DNA from: Octopus sinensis
Lineage: Eukaryota
Length of the DNA stretch: 64,000 nucleotides
Direction of reading: 5' to 3'
Assembly: GCF_006345805.1 (NCBI RefSeq)
Contig: NC_043004.1
Span: forward strand, 43,834,001-43,898,000
Numbering within the stretch: position 1 is the first letter of the stretch; every line of letters starts with the position of its first letter. Shown in pieces: positions 12,629-25,639 of the stretch. Position numbers and translations under genes: made by a program. The notes under the pieces are model-generated. The model saw only the letters and a list, made by a program, of their open reading frames with translations. It made no database searches and was not told the origin of the DNA.

Positions 12629-12737
12629 TCTGAGGGGAAGTAATGCGAGCAACAACTAAAGGAACATTGCAAAATCCACAGATTCTGTGGATTTTTAAAT
12701 GTTCCTTTAGTTGTTGCTCACATTGCCTCCCCTCGGA
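12629..12737. repeat. ~109-bp imperfect palindrome
   Basis: tctgaggggaagtaatgcgagcaacaactaaaggaacatt... pairs with ...aatgttcctttagttgttgctcacattgcctcccctcgga. Confidence 0.85.
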
Positions 12738-12861
12738 TATAAAAAGTATATACAGCTCATTAAAGCACTACTATTTCCAGTCCGTTGTATATCTTGAACG
12801 TTGTTGTCACACAAGATAAAACTTCATATATATTTATATATATATACATGCATTTATATAT

Positions 12862-12901
<40 letters not shown>

Positions 12902-13676
12902 TATATATATATATAATATATATATAATATAGGTATGAATGCCTGTCTGTGTATGTGTCTGAGAGACATTTGCTCTTGTGTAGTGAACAAGAATAAGATA
13001 AGCCTATACATATTAGCGTTGTATAGTATGTGCATATATGCAAAAAGATATGTATGGATATATATTTGTACAGATCAATGTATGTACACATGTATACATG
13101 TGCACGCATGTTTGTATGTTCTATGTGACACATTCTACCAGTATCCGAAGTTTCAAAGTGTGAAGTTTTAAAAAAAATTAATAAAAAAATTAAACATGTC
13201 GGTCAGATTGAAAAGATCCAAAAAGAAATTCAGAAGGCGTGAAGAGAAAAAAAGTGCAAGGGGCAAGAGGAGAAAAAAAAATTAGAAAAGGAAGAAGAAG
13301 AAAGAAAGACGTAACGGAGAGAAAGGGAGAAGAGGAGACGAAAAGGAAAAAGAAAGGTAGAGAGAAAGAGAGAGATGCAAAGTAACAACGTACGGATTGA
13401 GAGAAAACAGATTAAGAAAAAACGACAATAGGAGAAAGCAGAAAGGTCAAAAAAGTTCAGTAAAGTTCATATTTAATGCCTCCTTTTAATGCCTCTTTCT
13501 TCGAACCAGTAAGTCAGGGCTTTATAGAACCATATCATACAAAATGACCACACTAAGCTATTGCATTCGTTCTTTCTTGATGTACTTAATTTTCCTTTCC
13601 TTTCCTTTCACTTTTGTTGTTATGCGTGTGTGTGTGTATGCATATATGTTTTAATATATCTATACGTGTTCTTGCG

Positions 13677-14114
13677 GGATGTTTTCGGTTTCAACGGCAG
13701 TTTTTAAAATTAATTTCCACGTAACGAAACACTTTTAAACTTCGTATACTGGTAGAATGTGTTTATAAAACATCATTTTCTCTTGGCTTTATTGAGAAAA
13801 TTCTAAAGGTTGTAAGATATTTGCTGGTTTTTTTTTGTTCTTCAATTTCTGCAATTTCAACCAATCAAATACGTCTATTGAGTTAAAAAGCATTCTGTAC
13901 CGTAAGAATATGTCCCCCTTTAAAGAAACAGATTGGGCTTATTTACATTTGTGAAGAAAAACAGATACTCTTCCCCCATCCCTAACCCTAAACCTAACTA
14001 ACCCTAATCCTAAAAGAGATTGAAATGCAATAGATCGATTCTAGGGTCATAATTATGAGTGACAATTTCATATGACACCGCTAGAAAAAACTGCCGTTCA
14101 AACCGAAAAGATCC
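13677..14114 (-). mobile_element. MITE copy 2 (TTAGGG-bearing)
   Basis: Both TIRs and the internal sequence match copy 1 in reverse; no TSD recognisable. Confidence 0.85.
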
Positions 14115-14323
14115 ATACGCTCCCTATTGAAACAAAGAATAGTAAAACTAAAAAAATATCCGTTCGAAAACCGCTGTAAAGAGAGAAAAACCCTATCATT
14201 CAGAGTCACGTTGCATTCAGCTTATGAAAAGTATTCGCAGAAATGTGTCAAATCCTAAAACAAAACATCAGGGATGTAGCGGATATTTGAAATAATATTT
14301 GGGTTGAAAATACCGTTATACGC

Positions 14324-14785
14324 GTGGGAGTAGCTGTATGGTAAGTAGCTTGCTTACGAACCACATTGTTCCGGGTTCAGTCCTATTGCGTGACAACTTG
14401 GGCAAGTGTGCTCTATTATAGCCACGGGCCGACTAAAGATTTGTGAGTGGATTTGGTAGACGGAAACTGAAAGTAGCTCATCGTATATATGTATGTGTAT
14501 ACACACACACAGATATATATATATATGTATGTATGTATGTATGCGTATGTGTGTATATGTATGTGTATGTTTGTGTGTCTGTGTTTGTACCCCCAACATC
14601 TCTTGACAACCGATGCTGGTGTATTTACGTCCCCGTAATCTAGCGGTTCAGCAAAAGAAACCGATAGAATAAGTACTAGGCTTACAAAGAATAAATCCTG
14701 GGATCGATTTGCTCGACTAAAAACGCGGTGCCCCAGTATGGCCACAGTCAAATGACTGAAACAAGTAAAATTGAGTAAAGAGTAA
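14324..14785 (+). mobile_element. SINE family A, full length
   Basis: tRNA-like head (gctgtatggtaagtagcttgc...ccgggttcagtcc), internal TA/TG tract, tail. Confidence 0.85.
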
Positions 14786-14834
14786 GCGTATATATAGCTG
14801 ATTAATAATGGAATTGAGAAAACCAATAAAATCT

Positions 14835-15170
14835 ACATGTGAGAGCTTCTACCTGGCACTCTGCTGGTTATATGACGAGTGTTCCAGATGATCCGATCAG
14901 CGGAACACTCTGCACGTAAGACTAACATGCAAGTGACCGAACACGCCACAGAAACGTTTACCCTTACCGTTGTTTATGGAGATTCAGGCATGACCCACAA
15001 CGGGACAAGGTTGTTGCTCTGAAATACATGTACTACACAGCTTTACTACCTGGGTGAAGTGGCGCAACTGGAAATAAATTGTCTTGCGCAAAGACATAAC
15101 CCGCCGCTAAGAACTGAACTCTGTATCTTACAATCGTGATCGAAATACCGTAACCACTAAGCCATGCATC
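14835..15170 (-). mobile_element. SINE family C-related, degenerate
   Basis: gttccagatgatccgatcagcggaac is the reverse complement of the family C tail. Confidence 0.6.
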
Positions 15171-15687
15171 TTCAATAGATTCTAACAACAAGGGCAAAAG
15201 TGTTAATACATATATGTTAACAATTAAAACTCAGAAGCTAAAAATTTCCACCCACAACTGTAAAATCTTTCAACCTATTTTAGAACAATTACACGAAAAA
15301 TCCCTAGCTATGAGACAAAATACAATCGGAAAAAAAAACGAAATAAATATTGATAAATATATACACTAGATAACGATCCTAAACTCAGAAAATGCATCCA
15401 GCCCCTGTGAAATATATAGCTTCCTACCAGGAGATCCCGAATTCCACTTCAAAGAGGGTACTATTTTCAAAATGCAAACAATTTTTCTTTGTAATTCAAA
15501 CAATCAGAAATTTTTACTGCTAAAATTTTACATGAAATAATTTTCAATGTAAAAACCTAAATCTAAATTTGTACCTTTGGTTTCACATATATAGTTAAAT
15601 GTTAAAAACGGAAACTTGATTTATTGAAATAAATATATAAAATTCATGTGCATTTTCAGCCCATCCCTATTATTTTTTCATATAAAT

Positions 15688-15738
<51 letters not shown>

Positions 15739-15860
15739 TACACGCACACACACGCACACACACACAAACACACACACATACACACACATTCATACACACA
15801 CAAATGTATGTATAAATAGAATGATAAATAGATTGATGCATACATACATATATGTATATG

Positions 15861-15906
<46 letters not shown>

Positions 15907-16454
15907 ATATGTGTGTGTGGTGTGTGTGTGTGTGTTTGTGTACACATCTACATGTATAGGCAATTATGAAATACCCGAGCCATAAATCGAATACAGAACG
16001 ACGAAAATATTACAGATGATATTCGGATGCTAAAGAAAGACAAAATGAGTCATAATAGGTAACTTAGAGGCCTCTATAGAAACGCCAACAGAAATAGAAA
16101 AAATCGAACAATACAGAATGGAAAAGGCCAGCAGGTCAGTGAATCAGTCAACCTTTACCGATTTTAAGAATGAAAAATGTAAGAAATCGTTGCGACTTAA
16201 GATATAATAGCCAAATCAATGTAAAGAGACGAAAGAAATACATACACAACTGAAAGCGGAAGTACGTTAACGATCAAAAGGATATCACCACAACAACAAT
16301 GATATTTAGAAACCAACTAATAAAAACGGCATTCATATACAATAAATAACGAAAAAAATTGTAAGTAGATTATAGGTTTTGAAAACCGAAAAATTCCTAC
16401 CTCTTCCTTTCTCCTCTCTTTCTCTCGGTATCTGTGTGGTTTGTGTGTGTGTAT

Positions 16455-16455
16455 T

Positions 16456-16490
<35 letters not shown>

Positions 16491-16497
16491 ATAATAT

Positions 16498-16544
<47 letters not shown>

Positions 16545-16613
16545 ATATATATATATATATGTAATGTATATATATATATATGTACATTATATATATATGT
16601 ATATATATGTATG

Positions 16614-16647
<34 letters not shown>

Positions 16648-16760
16648 ATCTATATATATATACATATATATTTATATGTGTGTATATGTGAATGGATATG
16701 TGTGTGAATGTATGTGTGTATGTGTATGTGTGTATGTGTATGTGTGTGTGTGTGTTATTA
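16455..16760. repeat. (TA)n/(TG)n compound microsatellite
   Basis: Direct reading. Confidence 0.9.
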
Positions 16761-16954
16761 AAAGTTTAACTCAGCTCGACATGACTCAAAGTTTCCTAGG
16801 TTCAACTCCCTACAAGTAGAATAATGGCAAATCGGAGACATTCCAAGACGGGTTTTAGATTGTAAGCATCTCTTGGTAAGTATATATACCACTTTGTTTT
16901 AATGCTGTGGAACTCAGCTTACCGCTATGTTCTTACAGGGAAATAGGCGGTTCA

Positions 16955-17180
16955 AACGAATTGTTAGCAGACTGATGCTTTGTTTATTAATCTCTTGCAC
17001 CTGTATTTCAAAGAGCTATCTATGTCACACTCTGTGTCATGCTGAATCTCCCTGAGAACTATGTGTTAAGGGTACATGTGTTTGTGGATTGCTCAGTCAA
17101 TTGCACCTTAATCTCGTGAGCAAGCTGCTCCGTTGATCGGATCAACTAGAACCCTCGTCCGTCGTAACCGACTGAGGACA
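16955..17180 (+). mobile_element. SINE family C, 3' part
   Basis: gctgaatctccctgagaact...gatcggatcaact matches 21630-21750. Confidence 0.75.
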
Positions 17181-18541
17181 AGTAATAACTCAGGTATCTT
17201 TCAGTGGAATGTTAGCAAATTAAGGGGAACACTCACCGCGACAAACGTGGAAACATAACAGGAAACCAATACCTCTACATAGAATGACATAAGAACCGAA
17301 GGAAAAAAAGCTATCCACACTTCTAAGAAAATGGAGAAAAATAGACATATGAATTATTTATTTGTATGATATGAAGATGTTGAAATCTTTTAAAAATATA
17401 ACATTACAAATAAATTATAACTTGTTATGTTCAAGAAAAAACCTACATATATGTTTCATTTCTTGCCCCTATTTGAGATGCAAATTTAAGCATTTGGTTA
17501 TATGCTAAGAAGAGCATTGAATCTATTGTTTGTGTCCTGTAAAATGAGTCTTGTTTATTTTTCTTCCTCCTCTTCTCCACTACTTCTCCATCTTTTTTAA
17601 ATTCAACTTCTTTCTTTTCTAGATTTTATATTTACCACTTTAACAGGCCACTGCATCTCCTCTAGTCACAATCTCTAAATCAGTGCTTAATACGTAGATA
17701 TAATACTCTTTAGTTAACATTTTGAGGACTCGCATCTCTACCTTGTAATCTCACACAATTTTATTCTCTTATTTTCCAGAATACATGATATAAAAAAAAC
17801 AACACGTATATCGCCCTTCAGGTAACTGGAAATAATTGTGTAAGATTGATAAGAAAACATACAACTAGATAGCACTTGAACATCTTCATACTGATAACCT
17901 ATACAAGAAGACAGCATTATATGAAATCGGAAGTGATGCTGCTTCGACATGGCTGTCTGTTCCCTCTGCATTTCAGAACTAGTTCTGTTCGATACTTAGA
18001 TTAATATCGGCTTCGTGGGTTTAGCAAATTTTACTGCTTCCTTTTAAACTCTCGAACATCTGTAAACTGGCAATCTTCGCAAGCAATGCATATCTTCGAT
18101 TCAGTGGTCTTCTGTAAGATTGTCAGTAGATTTAAACCTACTAGGCCTACTGGTCATACGTATATAGACAAGTGTGAGCATAGCGTATTTGCACCTGTTA
18201 AATCAACACAAATTACAATAATAACAATGATGACATCGCCAAATTCAAAACTGAACACAATAATGGTAATAAGTTACTCTCTAACTTACTCTGAACTGAA
18301 GATTACCGGCAAAGGATACTTCTACAAGGCGGCAATTTGCTCAGTCCGACCTAACACTGAGGACGAGAACCATGAACGTCTAAACACAAAACTATTGTCT
18401 TTCTATAGCATTTGCTTGACATATCATTTAGGTTTCCTAATTCTTTCGGCCACAGGGTTACATTTGATCTGCTATTGCTTGTAAAGAAGTAGACTATAAT
18501 GTATGTCATAATTTTTGTACGTTGTGCGCCAAGATTGCTAA

Positions 18542-18891
18542 TCTTTATATATAAAAGTGAAGTTGTGTGTCTGTCTCCAACGATTTAGATTCCTAACTAC
18601 TCCCACATTTTGCGGTGCAGTTTAACCAAAAGCCCTTCTTGGTATTAGCGCTGAGTCTACCATTTAAAAAAAATTACCATCATTTTCCCATTTCTAATGC
18701 ATTTTTTTGCTATTATATAAGGGAAGTAACTCTCTAAAAATGTATTATTAAATCTCAGAACGTAAAAAGCTACAGTAACACCCCACATTGTGGTTAGCCA
18801 TATTGAGATGGCTATTATACTTTACATCTCTAAAAATGCTTGTATAGTTATTTCCCTTACAAACCTGAGCAACGCCGGGCGATACTGCTAG
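18542..18891 (+). mobile_element. Non-autonomous Helitron-like element
   Basis: 5' TC (TCTTTATATATAAAAG), 3' GC-rich subterminal segment then CTAG, inserted between A and T. Confidence 0.65.
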
Positions 18892-18913
18892 TGTAAACTA
18901 AACCATTCCCGTT

Positions 18914-19292
18914 ATTACTCTTTTACTCTTTTACTTGTTTCAGTCATTTGACTGCGGCCATGCTGGAGCACCGCCTGTAGCCGAGCAAATCGACCCCAAG
19001 ACTTATTCTTTGTAAGCCTAGTACTTATTCTATCGGTCTGTTTTGCCGAACCGCTAGGTTACGGGGACATAAACACACCAGCATCGGTTGTCAAACGATG
19101 TTGGGGGAACAAACACACACACACACATATATATATACGACGGGCGTCTTTCAGTTTCCATCTACCTAATCCACTCACAAGGCTTTGGTTGGTCTTAGGC
19201 TATAGTAGAAGACACTTGCCCAAGGTGCCACGCAGTGGGACTGAACCCAGAACCATGTGGTTGAGAAGCGAGCCACTTACCACACAGCCACA
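18914..19292 (-). mobile_element. SINE family A
   Basis: tttcagtcatttgactgcggccatgctggagcaccgcc...cacacagcc. Confidence 0.9.
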
Positions 19293-19764
19293 TTTTCTTA
19301 TAATTTTTTCAGAATATTGAATATCATGAAATATAAAATGCCAGCACATGGCTATATAAAAGCTTCTATATAATTAATAAAATTTTGATAAATTTGAGGA
19401 ATAAAGAATATTTATTGCATATATTTGCTGGTGTTTTGTAGTTCATATTTTACATCATCAAAGTCAGCAATACGTTGCATATTATTAATAAACATTTTTG
19501 CTGCGCGCTACCCACGTATGAGAATATATGCAGACGTATACATAAAGTTGTATAGTAAGATAAAAAGGAGAATTTTTCTTTAGAACATTTTATGGGAACT
19601 AAATATTTAACATTGTCAAATGATGCTGGGTCGATTCAGTTTACATTATTGACATAATAGAGAAAGTTATTTTCATATACAGAGTAAATATTTAAATTTG
19701 AGAAAAGCCCATTATGCAGTAGCATGTCACGAATATTAAAAATTGTAAAAATAAAATAAAGAAC

Positions 19765-20050
19765 GGTACTACTTGACAACAGTGGTCCCGGTGCGTGTAG
19801 TCGCGCATCCGCGTCAGCTAGTCGTGATTAGTCGATCCTACAACGACTACCTAGCAAAGTAAATAAAACACAAAATAAATAATTTTTGTTAAACAAAGTA
19901 ACTAAAACACAAAAACACAAAGTAAATCATTTTTTGAATAAAGTTCACCTCACAAAAACACAAAGTAAGGATCGACTAGTCATGACTAGCTAGCGCGGAT
20001 GCGCGGGTACGCGAGTGCACGCACCGGGACCACTGTTCTCAAGTAGTATC
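19765..20050. mobile_element. MITE with ~75-85-bp CpG-rich TIRs, possibly Mutator-like
   Basis: Arms ~19765-19840 and ~19967-20050 are inverted. Flanks ATAAAGAAC (19756-64) and ATAAAGAAT (20051-59) match at 8 of 9 positions. Confidence 0.7.
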
Positions 20051-20606
20051 ATAAAGAATAAAATAAAATAAAAATAATGTAAATAAACAGTGACAGTATC
20101 CACTTACCGAACTTAGCTAGAAAATACTCCCACAATGCGATGGAGAAATAAGTTTGTGAGACACTGGAATCTCTAGGCTGCAGGGAGGAAGTTAGTAGAA
20201 ATAAATCTACTGAAAGAGTTGATGACAAGTGGAGGTAACGAACCGGAAATTTTACGCTTCAGTGGTTTCAAAGTTCAACTTAAACTCTTATACATACCCG
20301 CACCCCTACTTATACACAAACATTCAGAAACACCCACACGAACACCTACATAAACATGTTTACATAAACATGCATATCAAAGTCTTTATACGAATAATTA
20401 TGCAGAGCCGTCTATGTATATATGTATATTTATATTAAATACATGTACCCACATATTTATACATATATGCGTGAACATACACATACATAGTCAAGGAGCA
20501 AAATCAACTGAGTATGATAATATAAATATTTTGACTTCAAGAACATATTTTTGCACGATTATGCGATTAGCCTATCTTGAGAGTAAGATTATATTTAACA
20601 GTCTTA

Positions 20607-21042
20607 GGAACTTTTCGGTTTGAACGGCAGTTTTTAACATAATTTCTAGGTGACTTAAAAATTTTTAACTTCGTATACTGGTAGAATGTGTTTATAAAAC
20701 ATCTTTTTCTCTTGGCTTTATTGAGAAAGTTCTATTGTTTGTAAGATATTTGTTGTTTTTTCTTCAATTTCTGCAATTTCAACCAATCACTGACGTCCAT
20801 TGAGGTAAAAAAACATTCTGTGCCGTATGAATATGTCCCTCGTTTAAGAAACAGATTGGGTTTATTTACATTTGTGAAGAAAAAAGATACCCCTCGCCCA
20901 CCCCTAACCCTAACCCTAACCATAACTAACCCTAACCCTAAAACAGATTGAAATGCAATAGATTGATACTAGGGTCATAATTATGGGTGACAATTTTATA
21001 TGACACCGGTCGAAAAAACTGCCGTTCAAACCGAAAAGATTC
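20607..21042 (-). mobile_element. MITE copy 3 (TTAGGG-bearing)
   Basis: TIRs present; flanked by a 182-bp direct repeat instead of an 8-bp TSD. Confidence 0.85.
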
Positions 21043-21412
21043 TATATTTATATTAAATGCATGCACCCACATAGTTATACATATATACTTGAACAAATAC
21101 ATACATAGTCAGGGACCAAAATCAACTGAGTATGATAATATAAATATCTTGACTTCCAGAACATATTTTTGCACGATTATGCGATTAACCTATCTTGAAA
21201 GTAAGATTATATTTATCAGTCTTACATATTTAAAATAAATAAACAAGTAATCTAAGCACAGAACTTTATCTGGTTATGAATACATGGGATAGTACTAATA
21301 TTGAAATGATTAGTCGAATGTGATAGTACATAGAATATAATATATAGAAATAAAGACCTTCATTACTTAGATTAAGCTTGCTGAATATAAGTATTAGTAG
21401 CACTTTCACAGT

Positions 21413-21755
21413 GGAGGCGCAATGGCCCAGTGGTTAGAGTAGCGGACTCGCGGTCGTAGGATCACGGTTTCGATTGCCAGATCTGGCGTTGTTTGCGTTT
21501 ATTGAGCGTAAACATCTAAAGCTCCACGATGCTCCGGCCAGGGGTGGTGGCGAACCCTGCTGCGCTCGTTCTCTCACTTTTTCTTCCTATTTCACTTTAC
21601 CTGTTTCTCAAAGGGGGCCTCTTGTCACAGTGTCACGCTGAATCTCTCCGAGAACTACGTTAAGGGTACACGTGTCTGTGGAGTGCTCAGCCACTTGCAC
21701 GTTAATTTCACGAACAGGCTGTTCCGTGGATCGGATCAACTGGAACCCTCGCCGT
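21413..21755 (+). mobile_element. tRNA-derived SINE family C
   Basis: A-box TGGCCCAGTGG and B-box-like GGTTTCGATTGCC, followed by the shared body and tail. Confidence 0.85.
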
Positions 21756-21930
21756 TTAGGTCAGTTTCAGTAAGGATAAAAAAAAGGGGAAGCAACGTGC
21801 CGTTGCGGCAAACCAACTCTTTATATATGAGGTCTTCCATTTTTGGGCAATGAGTGATGGATTGATGCCAAGTACATTTAACTGGAATGTCGAGGTAAAG
21901 ATGATTCATGTTTGCATTGTTCTAAATTAT

Positions 21931-22328
21931 GGATCTAATTGTTACGCGTGTCTAAAACTATTCGTTTTGTTTTTGTTTTGTGTTTTTGCTTTCGGTTTAG
22001 CCTTTCGTTTTTTTTTCTTAATTAAATTAATTTAAGGATAACAATTAAGAAAATAAAACGAAAGGCTAAAATTTAGGGTTAGGGTTAGGGTTAGTGACAG
22101 GATGTTGTCTCAGTTTTAGACGCAGCAAATGATTTTAGCTCAATAGAGGCCATCGATTGGTTAAAATTCGAAAAATTAAACTACGTTAAACTTACAAATT
22201 ACAATTTTCTCAAGAAAGTCAAGAGAAAAAATGTTTTATTTTGACACATTCTAAGAGTATACGAAGTTTAAAAGTGTTTAGTTGACTAGAAATTCTGTTG
22301 AAAACTGCCGTTCAAGAGGAAAAGATCC
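21931..22328 (+). mobile_element. MITE copy 4, variant with a different left half
   Basis: GGATCT...AGATCC ends; exact 8-bp TSD TAAATTAT at 21923-30 and 22329-36; TTAGGG x3; right half homologous to the family. Confidence 0.8.
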
Positions 22329-22339
22329 TAAATTATGTT

Positions 22340-23420
22340 TTATTTTGTTCAGATGTGGCAATGAGGGTAATTTTTGTATGGAGTTATGTGTATATGATTT
22401 TCTACTTGGTGGTGGGTGGGTGTTCCTTGTGTTTTGAATAAATCGTTACTGATAGCTCGTTGGATCTTCTGGCTTACGTCGGCCTTCATATTTTCTACAT
22501 AAGTTAGTAAAACACAGTTGCCTCTTTGATTTGCCACTTGTTCAGATGATACATAGTTCATGTTTATGTTATTTGGTGTTATGGTTTTTCCATAGTTTTG
22601 TCTTCATGGTTTGGTTGTAGGAGGTGCAATGTGATTGAATTTTGTTTTGTTGTTGTCGTAGGTTTACTCTGTTGTTATTTATATTTATTTTTCGATCATT
22701 TTGTGCCCTTCAGATGGTGTTGGTTGCATTCTGGGTTCAAGCACATCCTTAGTGACACAGAGAGGTCTGGCACAGTTTAGGCTGGAAGAAGGTGTATCCA
22801 TTGCCTTTTGTGCATCTATATTCAGGATCAGGGCCATGGACTCTGTATTTAGGACAGTATTTGGGGTGGAGTTGAGGGCAGTTTTTTCCCGTTATACCAT
22901 ATGGACAGGAGCCCTTAACAAGTCTACGGCATAAGGTAGAATGGGAAAAAAAGCACATCATCCCTTGTTGCTGCCGCTGGGGGCAAATCTACAGTTACCT
23001 TGAGAATGGTAACGACAGGAATTTTGACGTGGGTATAGTAGAGGTTTTTCTATATTGGCAGGCTCATTGGAGAGTGGTCCTATTGTAGTAGCTGTAGCAT
23101 ACTTGTTGTTGCAGTGGTAGTGAAACTTGACTTGCAACAGTAGAGCTAGGTGAAATCAGGTCAGATAGTGGTGACAAACAAGGTGCTTCCAATGTAGTAA
23201 CAGTAGCAGGCTGTTATTGTTGCGATTGTTAGTCCTGGTTTGCTACTGTGGAATTAGGTCAGACAGCGATTGTCAATGAGGATGTTTATTGTTGCTGGCT
23301 AACGGGTTGTGGAAATGACTCCTGACTTGCTTTGCATTGAGTCAGTTGGTGCGCTATGTCCGTTGACAAATATGGCTTCCAGTGTTACCATGTGCGTGTG
23401 TAAAGTATGAAATGATCATG
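22340..23420 (-). pseudogene. Decayed retroelement ORF1-like region with tandem CCCH-type zinc fingers
   Basis: Manual translation: CRYHSQGNCRFAPSGSNKG*CAFSH (frameshifted), CRRLVKGSCPYGITGKNCPQLH and CPKYRVHGPDPEYRCTKG, preceded by a Thr/Pro/Ser-rich stretch. Confidence 0.55.
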
Positions 23421-23542
23421 GGAATTCTTTTATTTTATTTTCGATCTCTTTTACAGATGTGTAAAAGGATTGTGGAAACTGTACAAAACGATGGATCGTT
23501 GCTTTTTATGTGTATGATTTGAGAGAGCATACATACACACGC

Positions 23543-23573
<31 letters not shown>

Positions 23574-23596
23574 TACGTGTGTATAATATATGTACG

Positions 23597-24032
23597 GGAT
23601 CTTTTCGGTTTGAACGGCAGTTTTTTCGACCGGTGTCATATGAAATTGTCACCCATAATTATGACCCTAGTATCGATCTATTGCATTTCAATTTGTTTTA
23701 GGGTTAGGGTTAGTTATGGTTAGGGTTAGGCTTAAGGGTGGGCGAGGGGTATCTTTTTTCTTCACAAATGTAAATAAACCCAATCTGTTTCTTATACGAG
23801 GGACGTATTCATACGGCACAGAATGTTTTTTACCACAATGGACGTCAGTGATTGGTTGAAATTGCAGAAATTGAAGAAAAAAACAACAAATATCTTACAA
23901 ACTATAGAATTTTCTCAATAAAGCCAAGAGAAAAAGATGTTTTATAAACACATTCTACCAGTATACGAAGTTCAACATTTTTTAGTTACCTAGAAATGAT
24001 GTTAAAAACTGCCGTTCATACCGAAAAGATCC
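23597..24032 (+). mobile_element. MITE copy 5 (TTAGGG-bearing)
   Basis: TIRs; exact 8-bp TSD TATGTACG at 23589-96 and 24033-40. Confidence 0.9.
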
Positions 24033-24529
24033 TATGTACGTATATATGTACGCATGTATGCATGTATGAAGAGAACCTCTGGTATTTTACCCATACTATC
24101 CTCCTATGATAATTACAAAAACACAATGCTTAAAATTTCCAGGGAATTTGAGCGACGGTATTTAACCAGACAAAGTGCTGACATTCATGATGCTTGCGAT
24201 ATGATTATGTATACATATTTGCACATCTTGTTCATGTAATTTTTAGCCTTAAAATATAAATTCAAATTGTCAGGCAATCGCAAACGTTAAATGATACGTT
24301 TAGAGCCACATAGATTCGTCAACATCCAAAGCATACAAATATCATGATTTGAATTGCCTCAGGGACATAAATTTGAATTTTACATATTTATATCAATACA
24401 GAGAAAGATGAAGGAACCATACGCATAAGCGTTACTGTTATAAAACATACAGCTTTCAAATTTTCACTTTTGCTAATGGGTATGTTACTTTGTTAGTCAG
24501 ACATTTCAATTTATCCACTATGAAGCACA

Positions 24530-24685
24530 TACGTCTGTATATATATAGATGTGTGTGTATGTTTGTGTGTGTGTGTGCATATATATATGTACATATATGT
24601 ATGGTTATATATAAATATATATACATATATGTGTATGCGCGCACACACACATACTCACACGCATATATATATATATACATATATA

Positions 24686-24723
<38 letters not shown>

Positions 24724-24930
24724 CATCTATATATATATGCACATATATATATATATATATATATGCACATATATATATATATATGTATATATAGAGAGAG
24801 ACATGTCTATTTACGTATGTACATGTATATGCATATGTACATATATACTTATATACATATACATACATATGTATGCACACACCTACATGCATATATACAC
24901 ACATACACATGTATTTGTATGCATGTGTCT
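24530..24930. repeat. (TA)n/(TACA)n compound microsatellite
   Basis: Direct reading. Confidence 0.9.
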
Positions 24931-25594
24931 AAGTGCATCATGTAAGTTTAATTCACTACATTATTTTATACATCATCATTAGAAATTTTGCAGCACAACG
25001 TGAATACTCTACTTAGATCATAGAACATGGATAACCTCGGGCTTTGAAATGATGCGGATTGAATTCTATATAGTATTAATTCTGTTTAATGATAGGTAAG
25101 GATAATAGTTTGACATGCTAAATAATGAATTTAGCCGGAGAGAGAGGAAAGCCAATAGTGAGTATTTTAATATGAATTAAATGTGAAAGTAAAATGATAA
25201 GCAAGAAACGAAATGAAATACATCTTTGAAGATACAGATGTGTAAATAAAAGAATGAATGAAAGAAAGAATGAATGCATGAATGAATGAATGAGTGAATG
25301 AATGAATGAAAGTACGTTTAAATGTATTTACTCATTCAAAGAAACTAATGTAGTTGCTTAGGTTTGAAGATAATGTACAAATGCATTGGTGCTAAAACAC
25401 TGTAGGATCGGAGAAGTACGACCAAATTTAGAAAGACAGCAACATAGCAGTAGAAAATCCGCAATGTCTCAAAGAATGACACATTCGGATGTGTATTAAT
25501 ATATGATGTAGAGCGTAGGGATTTCTTCTAAATAATTATTTCGTGGTAGCGTGTACCGTGTGCTATTTAGTTCTTGTAAGTATCAACTCGGGAG

Positions 25595-25639
<45 letters not shown>

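Noticed and set aside
21413-21490. tRNA-like sequence (also 44190-44250, 52074-52130)
   Set aside because: A/B boxes are present but there is no complete cloverleaf, and each continues into a SINE body; not tRNA genes.
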